NCBI RefSeq assembly: GCF_963921235.1 | Contig: NC_086097.1 | Location: forward strand, 52,082,001 to 52,146,000 | DNA from: Mobula hypostoma | Lineage: Eukaryota | DNA: 64,000 nucleotides | Reading direction: 5' to 3' | Shown here: positions 11,947 to 25,760 of the stretch, one piece after another | Numbering within the stretch: position 1 is the first letter of the stretch | Layout: each line of letters starts with the position of its first letter | Translations under genes and position numbers: made by a program | Notes under the pieces: model-generated | Database searches by the model: none | What the model saw: only the letters and a program-made list of their open reading frames with translations | What the model was told of the DNA's origin: nothing

Positions 11947-13553
11947 CATTGGACAACAAAGATTTTGCTTCCTGCATACTTTTGGGTGTATTTTATACAT
12001 TTTGGGTTGCCAGTCATGAAAGTCACCATGAGCTTTCCCTATCATGCACCATTCTTTTGCACCATTTCATTTCATAATTCAAGTAAATTAAAATATTGCC
12101 CACAACATAAGCTGAAGAGTTTTCTATCTTGCCCAGGCATGTTTCTGCAGGGCGGATGCTGCATGGCAGAATAGGTTTTAGAAAGGCTATAAAAGCATCA
12201 CACACACACACCGTTCTATGCATTGTGTTCACAAACTGATATAGATGTAATCATGTTAATGTGCATGCTCTACGTACATAGCATATTGTGTGTGTTTATT
12301 ATAATAAAGTAATTGTAATTTTAGTGTATTTATGACAGCAAAATATTGAGCCAAACTTGCAATAATAGTGATACTTTTTGATGTATTTGTGGTGAGTATA
12401 TGCTTAAATCTCAAAGACTAGGCATGACTCCTCTTAATAAGAGAGCCTATGAACTCTATTTTGGGTGTAAAATTGATGACTAAGACACAGCCCGAGCTCC
12501 TGTCCTGATGATATGGTGAGAGCAGAAGGATCATGTGACAGATTGCTACTTCTGTCTGACCAGTGTGTCTGGTTTGTCTACTAAAAACCAGAAATCCATT
12601 GAATGCCCAATCTCCCTTCAGTCATGAGACGTGTGCTACATGACCATAGTCTTCCAGTGAATTCCAGAGGAGGCCGACAGATGCCATGGTATACAGCCAG
12701 GAGTGGAAAATGATACTGATACAGATTTTGAACATTTTATGTCAAGGGAACCTCATCCGATAGCTCAATCTAAGTTAAATGACCTGGTCAGAGACTTGGG
12801 TTTGTCAAAGGCAAAAGCAGAATTACTGGTTTCAAGACAGTAAGAACAGAATCTGTTGTCACCAGGCACGAAAATTTCTGTGAAGGTTTTGATATTTCAG
12901 ACAGATGTTTCCCAGAATAACTGATGCCAAGATTAAGGAAGGCATTTTTGTTGGTCCACAAATCAAAAATGTCATCAAATCAGTCAATTTGAAGAACTTC
13001 TAGTGGGACCAGAGAAAATCGCATGTAAGTTATTCAAGGATGTTCTTGAAAATTCTTGGCAGCTACAGAGCAGCAAACTATGTGCAACTGATTGACAAAA
13101 TAATTCAAGTATACAAAACCATGAATCATAACATGTCGCTAAAGATTCGTTTTCTGCATTCCCATTTAGACTTCTTCCCTGCAAATTTTGGCACTGTCAA
13201 TGATAGAGTATGGTGAAAGATTTCACCAAGAACATTGCGGTGATGGAGAAATGGTATCAGGCCAAATGGTATCCACGAATGCTGTCTGATTATTGTTGAA
13301 CACTTAACACCTCAGACACTAAGTACAAATGAAAATCATCAACAAAACATTTTTAGCTCAGTTGAACTGTTGCAAAGCATTAACACCCATTATGCAATTA
13401 AACACGTTATATTTAATAAATGTTAGTTTCTTGTTTCTCCAAGTTCCTACGTGACACAAGCAGTTTTATTTGTGTTCAGCTTCAAGCAGTCAATCATAAC
13501 CAAAAAAAAAATTCTGAGGAGGCAACAAGTTTGAAAAAATTTGCTGTCCAGTG
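11947..13553 (+). mobile_element. Chapaev3 (CMC superfamily) DNA transposon, internally deleted and pseudogenised
   Basis: Ends cattggacaacaaa...tttgctgtccagtg (imperfect TIR) with ATA on both flanks. Transposase remnants CICGEY, KRAYELYFGCKI, REQKDHVTDCYFCLT, LNDLVRDLGLSKAKAELL, DAKIKEGIFVGPQIK, MSLKIRFLHSHLDFFP, GERFHQ. Confidence 0.88.
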
Positions 13554-14699
13554 ATATGTACCGTAAAGTGCCTTTAAGTGCCAAGGCCCTTTGGAGTAAT
13601 GCTTGGAACTGACATCAAACAATGCTCGATCACAAACACAGTCTGCTATTAAGAGGGGATATTGTTTGAGTTGCTACCCACCAAAATGCCTTGACGCTAC
13701 TTTAATAAACTAACGTGGACATCTTTAGCTGTTTATTAAACTATTAGACTGCTAGAGTGATAGTTGGCTTTTATTCCTCTATCAAGAAGATGCTTTACGT
13801 AAATGCTCATTAAACAGGAGTTTCAACTAATGACACTCTCTAGGCCATGCTACCATTTTTTAATGGTTGAAGTTTTTGGCATCCTGAGTAATGGAGACAG
13901 TCAGCATCCACATGTAAATTGGGCAACTTCAGATGATTTATGATTTATAGTTAAAAATGTGTAAATCAGCTGCTCCCATTAAGATTCATTGCTTGGTCAC
14001 CAATTTCGTGGAAAATAGCATTCCTTATTCAACTACATTGAACAGAATGCATGTTGGAAATGAGCTTTCTATTGACTGGTGGGACGACTTTTCCAGTATA
14101 GATAATATTCTACTAAAATAATGTCCCAATTACTTCCCAAAGATTTATCTAAAATAAATTATCTTTTGTTCCCTTTGCTTTATTATCTTTGGAGTTTTCC
14201 CTTTGATTGTACAATTCTCCTTGTTTTTGCCCTGCCCATCTAAATCCCATGAATAGGACTGGATAATTGGATCTTTCAATACTATTGATACCTATAGTAG
14301 GTGGTAATAAATCATCTGGTCTGGGTTTGCATATTCTCTCTGACGTTTCAGATGCAAAGTCCCAAACTCATTATGCAAAATTAGGAGTTATCTTTGAACA
14401 TCTTTTACTTAAGTGGGGAAAAATTAAAAGAGAGTTTGCTAGTTGTATATTCAGAGCAACAGTGAAGTATTGCCCCAGTAAACTGACCTTGTCCTGGTTG
14501 AGGTTACTTACTAGGATTTTTCCTGTGGTCATTGAATAAGGAATGTTTGAATTTAAAATTTTAATTTGAATGCAGCTGTTCAAGGAAAAAAAAAGCAGAA
14601 ATGAGGTATAACAACTCCCCATGCAGCAAAAATTAGATCCTATTATTCTGATTAACATGAGTAGGTAACGCTGGGAATCTCAAATTGGTAAAGGGATGA

Positions 14700-15253
14700 A
14701 TGCTCTCAATACAAACGTGGGTTAGGCAAGTGGTGCATTTGGCCTTCATAGCAAGATGATTCAGAATGGGAACAAATATAGTTTACTACAATTAACCCGG
14801 GCCATAATGAAGTCACACTTGGTATATTGTGCAGTTTTGGATTTGCTGTAGAGGGTGAGCAACTAAGGTTCACCATACTGATTGTTGGGATAACTAGACT
14901 TCTGTAGGTGGAGAGATTAGATCAGCTAGGTTCACAACCTCTAGAGTTTAGAAGTGGGGGAGGAAGCTGGAACTATCAGAATACTGATAGGGCAAGACTG
15001 GGTGGATGTAAGGAGCCGGTTTCTCTAACTGGGTCATCTGGAATGAAAGGTCACATCTTAGATAGCAGAAGATTTGGGCCTGAGGGTACAGAGAATTTCT
15101 TCACTCAGTGTGGTGAGATGTGGAATTTGCTACAACTGAGTGCTGGAGAAGCCAGATTGCTGAATATAAATGGGAAGGAATTGGATATATTTCTAGACAC
15201 AGAAAGCATCAAGGGGTATGGGCTGAGCGTTGGAATATGATATTGAGGTAGAG
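14700..15253 (+). mobile_element. Old CR1 LINE 3' fragment, interrupted by a hAT element and resuming at 16401-16470
   Basis: ERLDQLG, NFFTQCGEMWNLL, ELDIFLD..IKGYG motifs; the 3' UTR continues after the TSD. Confidence 0.75.
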
Positions 15254-16400
15254 CAGTGGTCCCCAGCCACCGGGCCGCAGAGCATGCGCTTCCAGGCTGC
15301 GAGGAAGCGATATGATTGGCGATATGAGTCAGCTGCACCTTTCCTCATTCCCTATCACAGTCATGACCCGCGCGTCATCCGTGTCAGGGCGGGAAGGCGA
15401 TCAACTCCTCGAGCTTGCAAGTGACGACAGGCTGAAAAGTATGTTTGACATAACATCCCTGTCGGCATTTTGGATCAAAGTCAAGGCTGAATATCCTGAG
15501 ATAGCCACGAAAGCACTGAAACGTTGCTTCCATTTCCAACATTTTTCTGCGAAACGGAGTTTTCTGCAATGAATGCAACGAAAACTAAACTGCGGAATAG
15601 ACTGGACATAAGGAACCCCCTTCGAGTATCGCTGTCTCCCATCACCCCTCGATGGGACTGTGTTGTTGCAGGAAACAAGCCCAGGGCTCCCACTGATTCA
15701 GCGATATTGGTGTGTTGCAATAATTTTATATATTCATACGGGGAAAATATGTGCTGTGCGTTTAATATCCAAATGTTACTTAAAATGTTATGATGCTATT
15801 GACTTATAAGTGACCTATATAACCGTATAACAATTACAGCACGGAATCAGGCCATCTCGGCCCTTCTAGTCCGTGCTGAACGCTGCTCTCATGTAGTCCC
15901 GCCGACCTGCACTCAGCCCATAACCCTCCATTCCTTTCCTGTCCATCTACCTATCCAATTTTTCTTTAAATGATCATATCGAACCTGCTTCTGCCACTTC
16001 TACTGGAAGTTCGTTCAACACTTACTTCAAGCTCTCCTGATAATTGACTTATCATTATATTCATGCGAGGAAAATATGCGCTCTGTGTTTAATATTAAAT
16101 TCGTTAGATAAACCCTTTTAGAAACAAAATTGAGTGTATTACCCACTTATCACCTATATTCCAGTAGTGATTAACACCCACCCCCACGAACAGAATCGCC
16201 AAATAGGATTTGCTTGGGGGGGGGGAATCGGGGATCGGCGGGTAACGACGCGCATGCGCATTGGTGCCCGCGCAAGGCTTCATGGTCATTGTAGTCTTTT
16301 TGGGAAACAACGCATTTGACTGCTACTCTTGTCCGTTGGCAACCCTACCCCCCCCCCCCGGTCGGCTGGTCCGCAGTGCAAAAAAGGTTGGGGACCCCTG
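15254..16400 (+). mobile_element. Non-autonomous hAT (Charlie/Buster type) retaining the transposase C-terminus
   Basis: TIRs cagtggtccccagcc / ggttggggacccctg; perfect 8-bp TSD AGGTAGAG; dimerisation-domain remnant FWIKVKAEYPEIATKALK / LPFPTFFCETEFSAMNATKTKLRNRL. Confidence 0.93.
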
Positions 16401-16839
16401 AGGTAGAGGATCAACCAGAAATGGCAAAGCAGGCTTGAAGAACTTGATCCTCTTCCCATCTTCTATGTAACTTTCCATTATCGTGATGGACTAAACTGTA
16501 TATGTTGCAATACTCTTGGAAACCAAACATGTGATGCTTCCAGCAAGTACAGAATAAATTTTCTTTTTAACAGGAGAATCATCCAGCGCAAGGATAAATT
16601 CAACATAAATATTCAAAACAAGAATTGCATAACTTAACCAAATATGGTTCAGCTCTTTCCTATTTGAGTAACAGTCTTGTATAAGAATGGTTCAGACTGT
16701 AAAGTTTCAACAAACTTGGTCCTCTGGTAACACTTATTGGAAGTTCTGTCACCCTGAACAAGAAATTTTTTAATTGATTTTTTTTTCATGACTGTGGTAG
16801 AACCTAAATGCTTTACAGCTAACTAAGTACATTTGAATT

Positions 16840-17175
16840 ATGGCAATGTAGAAAATGAACAACCAGCTTTTCACCCAACAATCTCCCATAACTGTTAATG
16901 TGGTACAATCTGTAAATTTGTTTTTATAAAGTTAATTGAGTTATGAATATTGGACAGGACATTGGGAGGATCTCCCATGCTTTTCTTCCCAATATGTGCC
17001 CTCTGAACAAATAAAACCTCAATTTAATGTCTCAATCAGAAGACATTGCTCCTGACAGAGCAACTTTCCCTCAATGCTGCTGCCAAGGGACAATACTGTA
17101 TGTCTGTATCACCACAGTACATCTTAAACCCTCTACCTTTTGTCTCAGTGGCAGTATTGCTGCCAACTAAAATCC
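16840..17175 (-). mobile_element. Deu-domain SINE (SacSINE1/AmnSINE-like), old
   Basis: Matches the recalled antisense consensus (aatattggacaggacattgggaggatctccc...tttaatgtctcaatcagaagac...ccctcaatgctgc). Confidence 0.65.
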
Positions 17176-17835
17176 ATTTGATTCTTTGCTGTGTTGAAGT
17201 TCAGTGAGCTGAGACTATTTCAAGTCAGCAGTCACAGAAGAGATATCTGCATGACTTGGGGAATTCTACATTGATTTGAGTGCCACACATCTTTGTGTTG
17301 CAAATTAACAGGCAATGGGATGAGAAGAGCCAAAGTCATATTTCAGTTTCCTGCTAAAAATAGTTGGATCTGATTTAAGGTGAGTATCAAATGAATCCTT
17401 TAAACCAAAACCTCTAATTTAACCTCTCATCTAATTAAATACTGTAAGGTTCTAATGCAGATACTTGTCTGCAGCTTTAATGGAGCCAAATCAATCTAGC
17501 TGTCTCAACACTAGCATGTCAGCTTACTTATTGTTCCTCAACCTGTCAAAATAAAGCGTACCTAAGAATTTTTTTCTGATCTGTTGGCATAATCGAGTCT
17601 GCATCATTTGTTTCATCCAGCATGAATTCATCTTGACCAAAATGCACTCTTGTCTGGTTTTCATTTCTTTCATGCAGTAATAACTGCTTCCACATGACCA
17701 GACCTCTCAACCACAACGTCTGAATATGCCATTTGAAGTTTAGGATGGATAGAATTCAGATCTTAGTTTTGTTTAAAAAGTAAAAAAAAACTTAAGGAGT
17801 GGAGGGGGCAGGAGCAGAATGGGGATGGGGATGTC

Positions 17836-19130
17836 AAGGACCTGGACCCATTGCAATTTGCCTATCGCCACAATAGGTCAACGGCAGACGCAATCTCAGT
17901 GGCTCTCCACAAGGCTTTAGACCCCTGGGCAACACAAACACCTATGTCAGGATGCTGTTCATCGTCTATAGCTCAGTGTTCAATACCATCATTCCCACAA
18001 TCCTGATTGAGAAGTTGCAGAACCTGGGCCTCTGTACCTCCCTCTGCAATTGGATCCTCGACTTCCTAACCGGAAGACCACAATCTGTGCGGATTGGTGA
18101 TAACATATCCTCCTCGCTGACGATCAACGCTGGCGCTCCTCAGGGGTGTGTGCTTAGCCCACTGCTCTACTCTCTATATACACATGGCTGTGTGGCTAGG
18201 CATCGCTCAAATACCATCTATAAATTTGCTGACGATACAACCATTGTTGGTAGAATCTCAGGTGGTGACGAGAGGGTGCGCAGGAGTGAGATATGCCAAC
18301 TAGTGGAATGGTGTCACAGCAACAACTTGGCACTCAACGTCAGTAAGACGATAGAGCTGTTTGTGAACTTCAGGAAGGGTAAGATGAAGGAACACATACC
18401 AATCCTCATAGAGGGATCAGAAGTGGAGAGAGTGAGCAGCTTCAAGTTCTTAGGTGTCAAGATCTCTGAGAATCTAACCTGATCCCAACATTTCAATGTC
18501 GTTATAAGGATGTCAAGACAGCGGCTATACATTATTAGGAGTTTGAAGAGATTTGGCATGTCAACAAATACACTCAAAAACTGCTATAGTTGTACTGTGC
18601 AGAGCATTCTGACAGGCTGCATCAATGTCTGGTATGGAGGGGCTACTGCACAGGACCGAAAGAAACTCCAGAAGGTTGTAAATCTAGTCAGCTCCATCTT
18701 GGGCACTAGCCTACAAAGTACACAGAACATCTTTAGGGAGCAGTGTCTCAGAAAGACAGTGTCCATTATTAAGGACTTCCAGCACCCAGGGTATGCCCTT
18801 TTCTCACTGTTACCATCAGGTAGGAGGTACAGAAGCCTGAAGGCACACACTCAGCGATTCAGGAACAGCTTCTTCCCCTCTGCCATCCGATTCCTAAATG
18901 TACATTGAATCTTTGGACACCACCTCACTTTTTTTAACATACAGTATTTCTGTTTTTTCACTTTTTTAAATCTATTCGATATATGTAATTGATTTACTTA
19001 TTATTATTATTTTTATTTTCTTTATTATTTTTTTCTCTCTGCTAGATTATGTATTGCATTGAACTGCTGCTGCTAAATTAACAAATTTCATGTCACATGC
19101 TAGTGATAATAAACCTGATTCTGATTCTGA
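17836..19130 (+). mobile_element. Rex1/Babar LINE 3' part (RT plus 3' UTR), relatively young
   Basis: [46 protein letters not shown]; few lesions; tail aataaacctgattctgattctga. Confidence 0.95.
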
Positions 19131-21997
19131 AATAAGGTAGATAATTGTGTTTTATAGGGGGGCTCTGTTTTAGTGTATTTCATTGTGTGACATTGCTGCA
19201 GTTAATGGGTGTGGTCAGCATAGGGCAATGTCATTGAACCAAGCATAATGGAGTCTGGATATTAGAAGGTATATCCAGTTTTTCCTGGAACAGCACAAGT
19301 TTTGGCATTACATTTTGCTATGTGAGCTCTGGATTTTCTGTTTTAGCACTGGGATTTTTACCACTGTTACAAAACTGGCCCTCTCTCAGCGGACATTCCG
19401 CTGAAACCTCATTGGTGTCTTTATTACTTGTAGACTTAACCACTCTGGTGCATCCACAGCCTTTCACCATTTTCTATCCTCAGGAAACATGTCATTCATA
19501 ACTGCTGCTTGTTTTGACTTGCTGACTGATTCTGTGTCTGACAGCCAATGCTGCTGAAATAGTAACTGACCCAACAAGGCCATGATTTTAATATTCATAT
19601 CCTCGCTTACAGATTTCACTGGTTCTTTTAGTTCTGGTGTCTTGAGCATTCACAAATTCAATTCAACACTGATGAGTGACCAATTTCAATGCTTTTGAAT
19701 TTCTTCCCCCAAACCTGTCATCTTTTCATTCCTCTTCTTTAGAATTTTCCTCTCTGACCACGCCTTTGGTCATCTGCCCTTTCATGTCAACTTGTGTAGC
19801 CTGGTGCCAACATCTGTTGTTACTCTTCATATGAAGAGCTTCGGAATGTTTTCCTCTTACAAATGCAGTAGAGTAGATGTTGGCTTTGTTCTTGCAATAG
19901 TAGTTGAACCGTAGTAGTTGAAACCTTGTATAGCAAGCTATCAGGAGAACTTGCAGTAGGTTTAGGATCTGTAAGAGTACACAGCTGTACAAGTATACAT
20001 GAAGGAGAGGGAAGACAAAGGAATCTAGCATATTACCTGACCCAGATTTGAAAGCATTTGGGGTTGGAAGTAATACAGGGGAGGGTTAAATTGGGAAAAT
20101 CTGAGAAATACGGTTGCAACCTGCTGAGTTCCGTGTGTTAATGAGCAAATAAGGATTAAGTAGCCTATCCAATCCCAGGAAGTGCATAAATGTTTTAAAT
20201 AAGCTAATGAACCCCAGTGCCTTTAAATTAACCTTGAGTCCTTGTGAATCCAGTTTCCAGGAAGCAATAAATATGACAGATTGCTGCTTCTAGCCTAAGA
20301 AGATCTAAGCACCTTGAAGCTGCCAAAAATCTCAAAGTATTAGATTACCTGCACATGGAAACCACAAGTTCATATCTCCAGGTCAAGAATCAGCAGTGAA
20401 GCTTCTCCTCAGGATGGGTAACAGGCCCTTTTCCATTTTCCCCAGTTCCACCATAAGATTGTCCAGACCTGCAGGCACCTCCACAATATTCCATACTCAG
20501 CTGGGAGTTGTAGATAGAACGAATTTGCCTGCTGTGGAGTTGAATGGTAGGGTATATAGGGAAACCCAGACTTCCCACTTCTCCTGATCACCATTCTGAA
20601 ACCCCAAAAAACCTGCTCAGTAAAGTAAAGACCAGGTGAGGAAATCTGAAAATCAACTAAAGCACATGCAGAAGCAGAAACAGAAACCATTGATATGGGG
20701 GCTGATTTTGTCTTGGGCTACCAGAAGTTCTTGTTATTCCATTTATTTGTTGAGGCCAAGGAACACTGTAATTTTGTGCTTTCCATATTTGTTGGTGTTC
20801 TTTCCTGTTCTAACCTACAAACACGAGAGACTTCCTCAACGAATTTGTTTAGGGTGTCAGGATGTTACTGATGTTAGAAACAGTGAACTGCAGGACTTCC
20901 CTAGATGTTTTGCTCTTGACCAATAAAGCTAGAAACTCCCAATTACCAAACTCCTTGCATTTTATGAAGAATTGTTCCTGAAGGCATTCTTGAATTTGCC
21001 TTTTCGCTCAGGATAATGGAATGATGTCTCAATCCCTATCATTTTGCAAGTACTGACAATTCTGCAGATGTAAACTGTAAACTTATTTTTTGCTGAGCTG
21101 TGCAGTAGCTAAATTTGATAAAGCTGCAGCAAAGATCAGACAAAATTTGATCCTCTCCCTCATGAAGTTCCGATTCACCCAAGGCTGTGCCGCAATCTCA
21201 TTTTGTAGCAATCTCACATCTTCTCTTGGATGATGTGGATAAACCAGTCAGAAAACATTTCCGATTCTGGTTTAACCAATATTGTTATCCTTGTCCAATA
21301 AAGGGATACAGCGGTGAGGAACCTTATGGATTTAGCCTTCACATTGAATGAGCTTAAGTCTGTGCACTTTGCAGTGGGCATCACTAGTTGTTGTCCCTTG
21401 TATTTCAATTCCCTTTGGACAGTGAGGTCATTCAAAAAGTCAAAGTAGGGAAGGATGAATCTAGGCACTGCTAACTGCATCCAAGTTCCTCTGTTCCAGT
21501 TTGAGATGTCAAATAGTCTGCATTTAAGTTGTGAGTTGAGTCACCAACTGCAGCTGGATTATATTATTGCCAACGTGTCCCTGACTGGAAGTGATTCATT
21601 ATGATCTGGTTCTTCCACTCAAGCTTTCAAAACAGCCACCATTAATATCATTCAAAGTATTGAGAGTAAATTTCAGCAATCCCTGTTGCCATAGTGTGTC
21701 ATTATCTCTTTACACTGCAAGTGTGGCTTTGGGTAATGAGTATTCCAGTTGTATTTCAATATAGGAAATAACCAGTTAACCTCCAGAGTTTCCGGATGTG
21801 TTCTTTTTTCCTGCATCGCCCACACAAAGGAGAGTAAACAAAGGAATCATCCGAGCATTCACCTGCCAAATCCCATCATGGTGGCCGTGACTCCACTCAG
21901 ATCCCTTATCACCCATTTCCATGCTGTATGCATACCTGTGCGTATGAAGTTTCTTTGTGTTGTGAGAAGCTGCTGAACTGTTCTTTATTTACCTAAA

Positions 21998-22140
21998 TGA
22001 ATCCTGATAACAGGTCTCTGCCCAAAAGGTCGACTGTTTATTCTCCTCCATTGATGCTGCTTGACCTGCAGAGTTCCTCCAGCACTTTGGTTGTGTGTAT
22101 TGCTGTACAGAATTTCTAGCATCTGCAGATTCTCTTCTAC
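21998..22140 (+). mobile_element. Penelope-like terminal repeat fragment (family A)
   Basis: tcctgataacaggtctctgcccaaaaggtcgactg...gatgctgcttgacctgcagagttcctccagca; same family as 36400-36600. Confidence 0.75.
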
Positions 22141-22789
22141 TTCTAAGGTTCTTTTTCTGTCACTTCTCGACCACTTGGTAAATATTGGATAAGGCATACT
22201 TCCTGGTGGATAATTCGCCTTTTTGATTTCTTAGTGGGAATGGGGATGAAGTAATGCAACATGGAAGGGTTATGAGACCAATCTGTGGTGAATCTACCCA
22301 GCACAAAGAGATTGTTTGAGAGGCTGAATGAGCAACTTTGCTGTCGGTAACTTTGTTCAGTTGAAGAACCTCTGCCTGAGCTGTTCTGCCTGCTGCACCA
22401 TGATGTGTGCCCTCTTTATATTTTGCTCCCCTGTCCTGTTACATGGTTGTTTGAAATGTGACTGGTTGAGTTGATTGTTTAAATAAAATCTGCAAAATGA
22501 GTTTACCAGAGAAAGAAACAATGTAACTCTAACTGGATCCCACTCAAATGCAGATTATGTGAAATGAGTGGAATTTTTAAATGTTTACGGAGTGTTCTTT
22601 AAACAAATACTTTTGTTAATCATTCATTTACAAAGAATAAATTTTTCTGTACTCCCCCACCTTTTAATTCATTCCTATTATTTGAATACCAGTGAGCTGA
22701 TAAGTGAATGAAAGGAATAGTTTAGGAAGAACGCAAAGATCATATTGCTTCAGAATGCCACGAAGAGCTACACAGTCAATGGCTTAGCC

Positions 22790-23110
22790 GCTGATGTAAG
22801 GCAGGAAGTAGAACAGTAAATTTGTCCACAGCAAGCAACCGCAAACAACATTGTGATAATGACCAGATCGTTCATTATATAAAGTTGATTAAGGCATAAC
22901 TATTTGCTTTTGTCACTAACCCTTGCATTCTCATTGGATATTTTATATCAGCTTAGAGAGCAGATGTTGTCTGAAAGACAGCACTTTCGATGTCTTGAAG
23001 CTCCCTCAGTACTGCTCTAAAGTAGTCCCAGTTCAGATCTCTGGTTTCTGGAGTGAGGCTTGAACTACAATCTCCTTACTAGGAGGCAGGGGTCATGGTT
23101 AAATGAGCCG
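22790..23110 (-). mobile_element. Deu-domain SINE (SacSINE1-like), old
   Basis: cacagcaagcaaccgcaaacaacattgtgataatgaccagat...tctgaaagacagcac...ctccctcagtactgc...ggagtgaggcttgaac (antisense B box). Confidence 0.7.
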
Positions 23111-23704
23111 GGCTGTTTTAAAGGTTGCAGACCAAATTAGGTGAAATTGTGCTTTGAAGCTAGTATAGTGCTAGTGTTTTATATTGTTATTGCTTTTACT
23201 TTCAATTTTACTACATAATTTTCTATAATAATGCAAATTATTATAGAAGAAAACTTAGTTAATACAAACTTTAAGGAATGTCTTTTGAAGAAATAGAATA
23301 GCTGTTGATGAATAAGTGGGCTGTCATCATAACTTTTTTTAACATCGTTCCATTGTGAGCCACAGAGCTGACATGTTTTGAAATTTTGCACTGCTATTAT
23401 ATCTTGCTGTTCACTGGCAATATATGTGACTTCACAACAGAGATCGTGGAGCAATTTGTAAATGGCCAAATCTTCACAATACTGCTACATTGCTTTAAGC
23501 ATTGATCAGGACGCTCACCGAGGCACAAGACGAAGGCCTGAGCCCAGTGGAATATAAAACTAACTGGAATGTAATAAAACGGTCTGTTCTGAGCTGGTTC
23601 CAGTTTGCTCAGGTAGTCCAGACTATTCCAAGCAATTAACCCAGCCTCGGCTGCCCCTTGTGTCACCACTTAGGCCATTCCAATATTCTGGATGTCTTAT
23701 CAAT

Positions 23705-25556
23705 AAAAGACCATAAGACATAGGAGCAGAATTAGGCCATCTAGCCCATCGAGTCTGCTCCGCCATTCAATCATGGCTGATCCCTTTTTTTTCTCTGTCT
23801 CCTCCTCAACCCCAGTTCCCGACCTTCTCCCTGTAACCTTTGATGCCATGTCCAATCAAGAAATATCCATCTCTGCCTTAAAGACAGCCAACGACCTGGC
23901 CTCCACAGCTGCATGTGGCAACAAAGTCCACAAATTCACCACTCTTTGGCTGAAGAAATTTTTCTGTATCTCTGTTTTGAAAGGGTGCCCCTCTGTCCTG
24001 AGGTTGTTCCCTCTTGTCCTAGATTCCCTCACCATGGGAAACATCTTTTCCACACCTCCTCTGTCTAGGCCTCTCAACATTCGAAAGGTTTCAATGAGAT
24101 CCCTCCCCCACACCCTTTTGAATTCCAATGTTCTTCGTATGATAACCCTTTCATTCCTGGAATCATCCTTGTGAACTTCCTCTGGACCCTCTCCAATGCC
24201 AGCACATCTTTTCTAAGATGAGGGGGCCAAAACTGTTCACAACACTCAAGGTGAGGCCTCACCAGTGCCTTATAAAGCCTCAGCATCCCATCCTTGCTCT
24301 TGTATTCTATACCTCTTGAAATGAATGCTTATATGGCATTTGCCTTCCTCATCACTGACTTAACCTGCTAGTTAACCTTCAGGGTGTTCTGCACAAGGAC
24401 TCCCAAGTCCCTCTGCATCTCAGATTCTTGGATTTTTCTCCCCATTTAGAAAATAGTCTGCACATTTATTTCACCTATCAAAGTGTATGACCATGCATTT
24501 TCCAATGTTGTATTTCATTTGCTACTTTCTTGCCCATTCTCTTAATCTGTCTAAGGCCTTCTGCATCCTACCTGTTTCCTCAACACTACCTGCTCCTCCA
24601 CCAATCTTTGTATCATCTGCAAACTTGGCAACAAAGCCATCTATTCCATCATATAAATCATTTATATACAGCATGAAAAGAAGCGGTCCCGACACTGACC
24701 CCTGCGGAACACCACTAGTCACTGGCAGCCAGCCAGAAAAGGATCCTTTTATTCCCACTCGCTGCCTCCTACCAGTCAGCCAATGCTCTAACCGTGTTAG
24801 TAACTTTCCTGTAATACCATGGGCTCTTAATGTGGTAAGCAGCCTCATGTATGGCACCTTGTCAAAGGCCTTCTGAAAGTCCAAATATACAACAACCACT
24901 GCATTGCCCTTTATCTATCCTACTTGTAATCTCTTCAAAGAATTTCAACAGGTTCGTCTGGCAGGATTTTCCCTGAAGGAAACCATGCTGACTTTGTATT
25001 ATCTTGTCCTGTGTCACCAAGTACTCCATCACCTCATCCTTAACAATTGACTCTAACATCTTCCCAACCACTGAGGTCAGGCTAACTAGCCTATAATTTC
25101 CTTTCTGCTGCCTTCCCCCTTTCTTGAAGAGTAGAGTGATATTTGCAATTTTCCAGTCCTCTGGCACCATGCCAGAGCCCAATGACTTTTGAAAGATAAT
25201 TTCTAATGCCACCACCATCTCTATCTCTACCGCTACCTCTTTCAGAAACCTAGGGCGCAGTTCCTCTGGTCAGGGTGACTTATGTACCTTCAGGTCTTTC
25301 AGCTTTTTGAGCACCTTCTCTGTTGTAACAGTAATTGCACCCACTTCTCTTCCTTCACACACTACAATATCTGGCATACTGCCAGTGTCTTCCACAGTGA
25401 AAACTGATGCAAAATACTCATTTAGTTCATCAGCCATCTCCTTGTTCCCCGTTATTATTTCTCCTGCCTCATTTTCTAGCGGTCCTATATCCACTCTCAT
25501 TTCTCTTTTATTTTTAACATGCTTGGAAAAACTTCTGGTATCCACTTTGATAATAT
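23705..25556 (-). mobile_element. CR1 LINE, 5'-truncated ORF2 (RT) plus 3' UTR
   Basis: YLDFQKAFDKVP, GVPQGSVSGP, KFADDTK, LYKALVRPHLE, NFFSQRVVNLW; tail aagaccataagacataggagcag. Confidence 0.95.
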
Positions 25557-25760
25557 CCAGACCTAATGATCAGGAGACAAGGAACAGCGGAAATCCTAGC
25601 AGATAATGCCCTCCATTTGGCTCCAGATCCTCTTGCCAACCTTTTGGGGGACTTCCCCGAGTGGTGATGCAAATTACTGAATACACCAGGACTTGCAAAT
25701 GTGATGTTAAACCACCAGCCTGTTCTATTCCAGCATTCTTAATGCAATTAGGGTATAAGG

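Noticed and set aside
20350..20650. Very old LINE fragment or overlapping ORFs
   Set aside because: Too degraded to assign with confidence.
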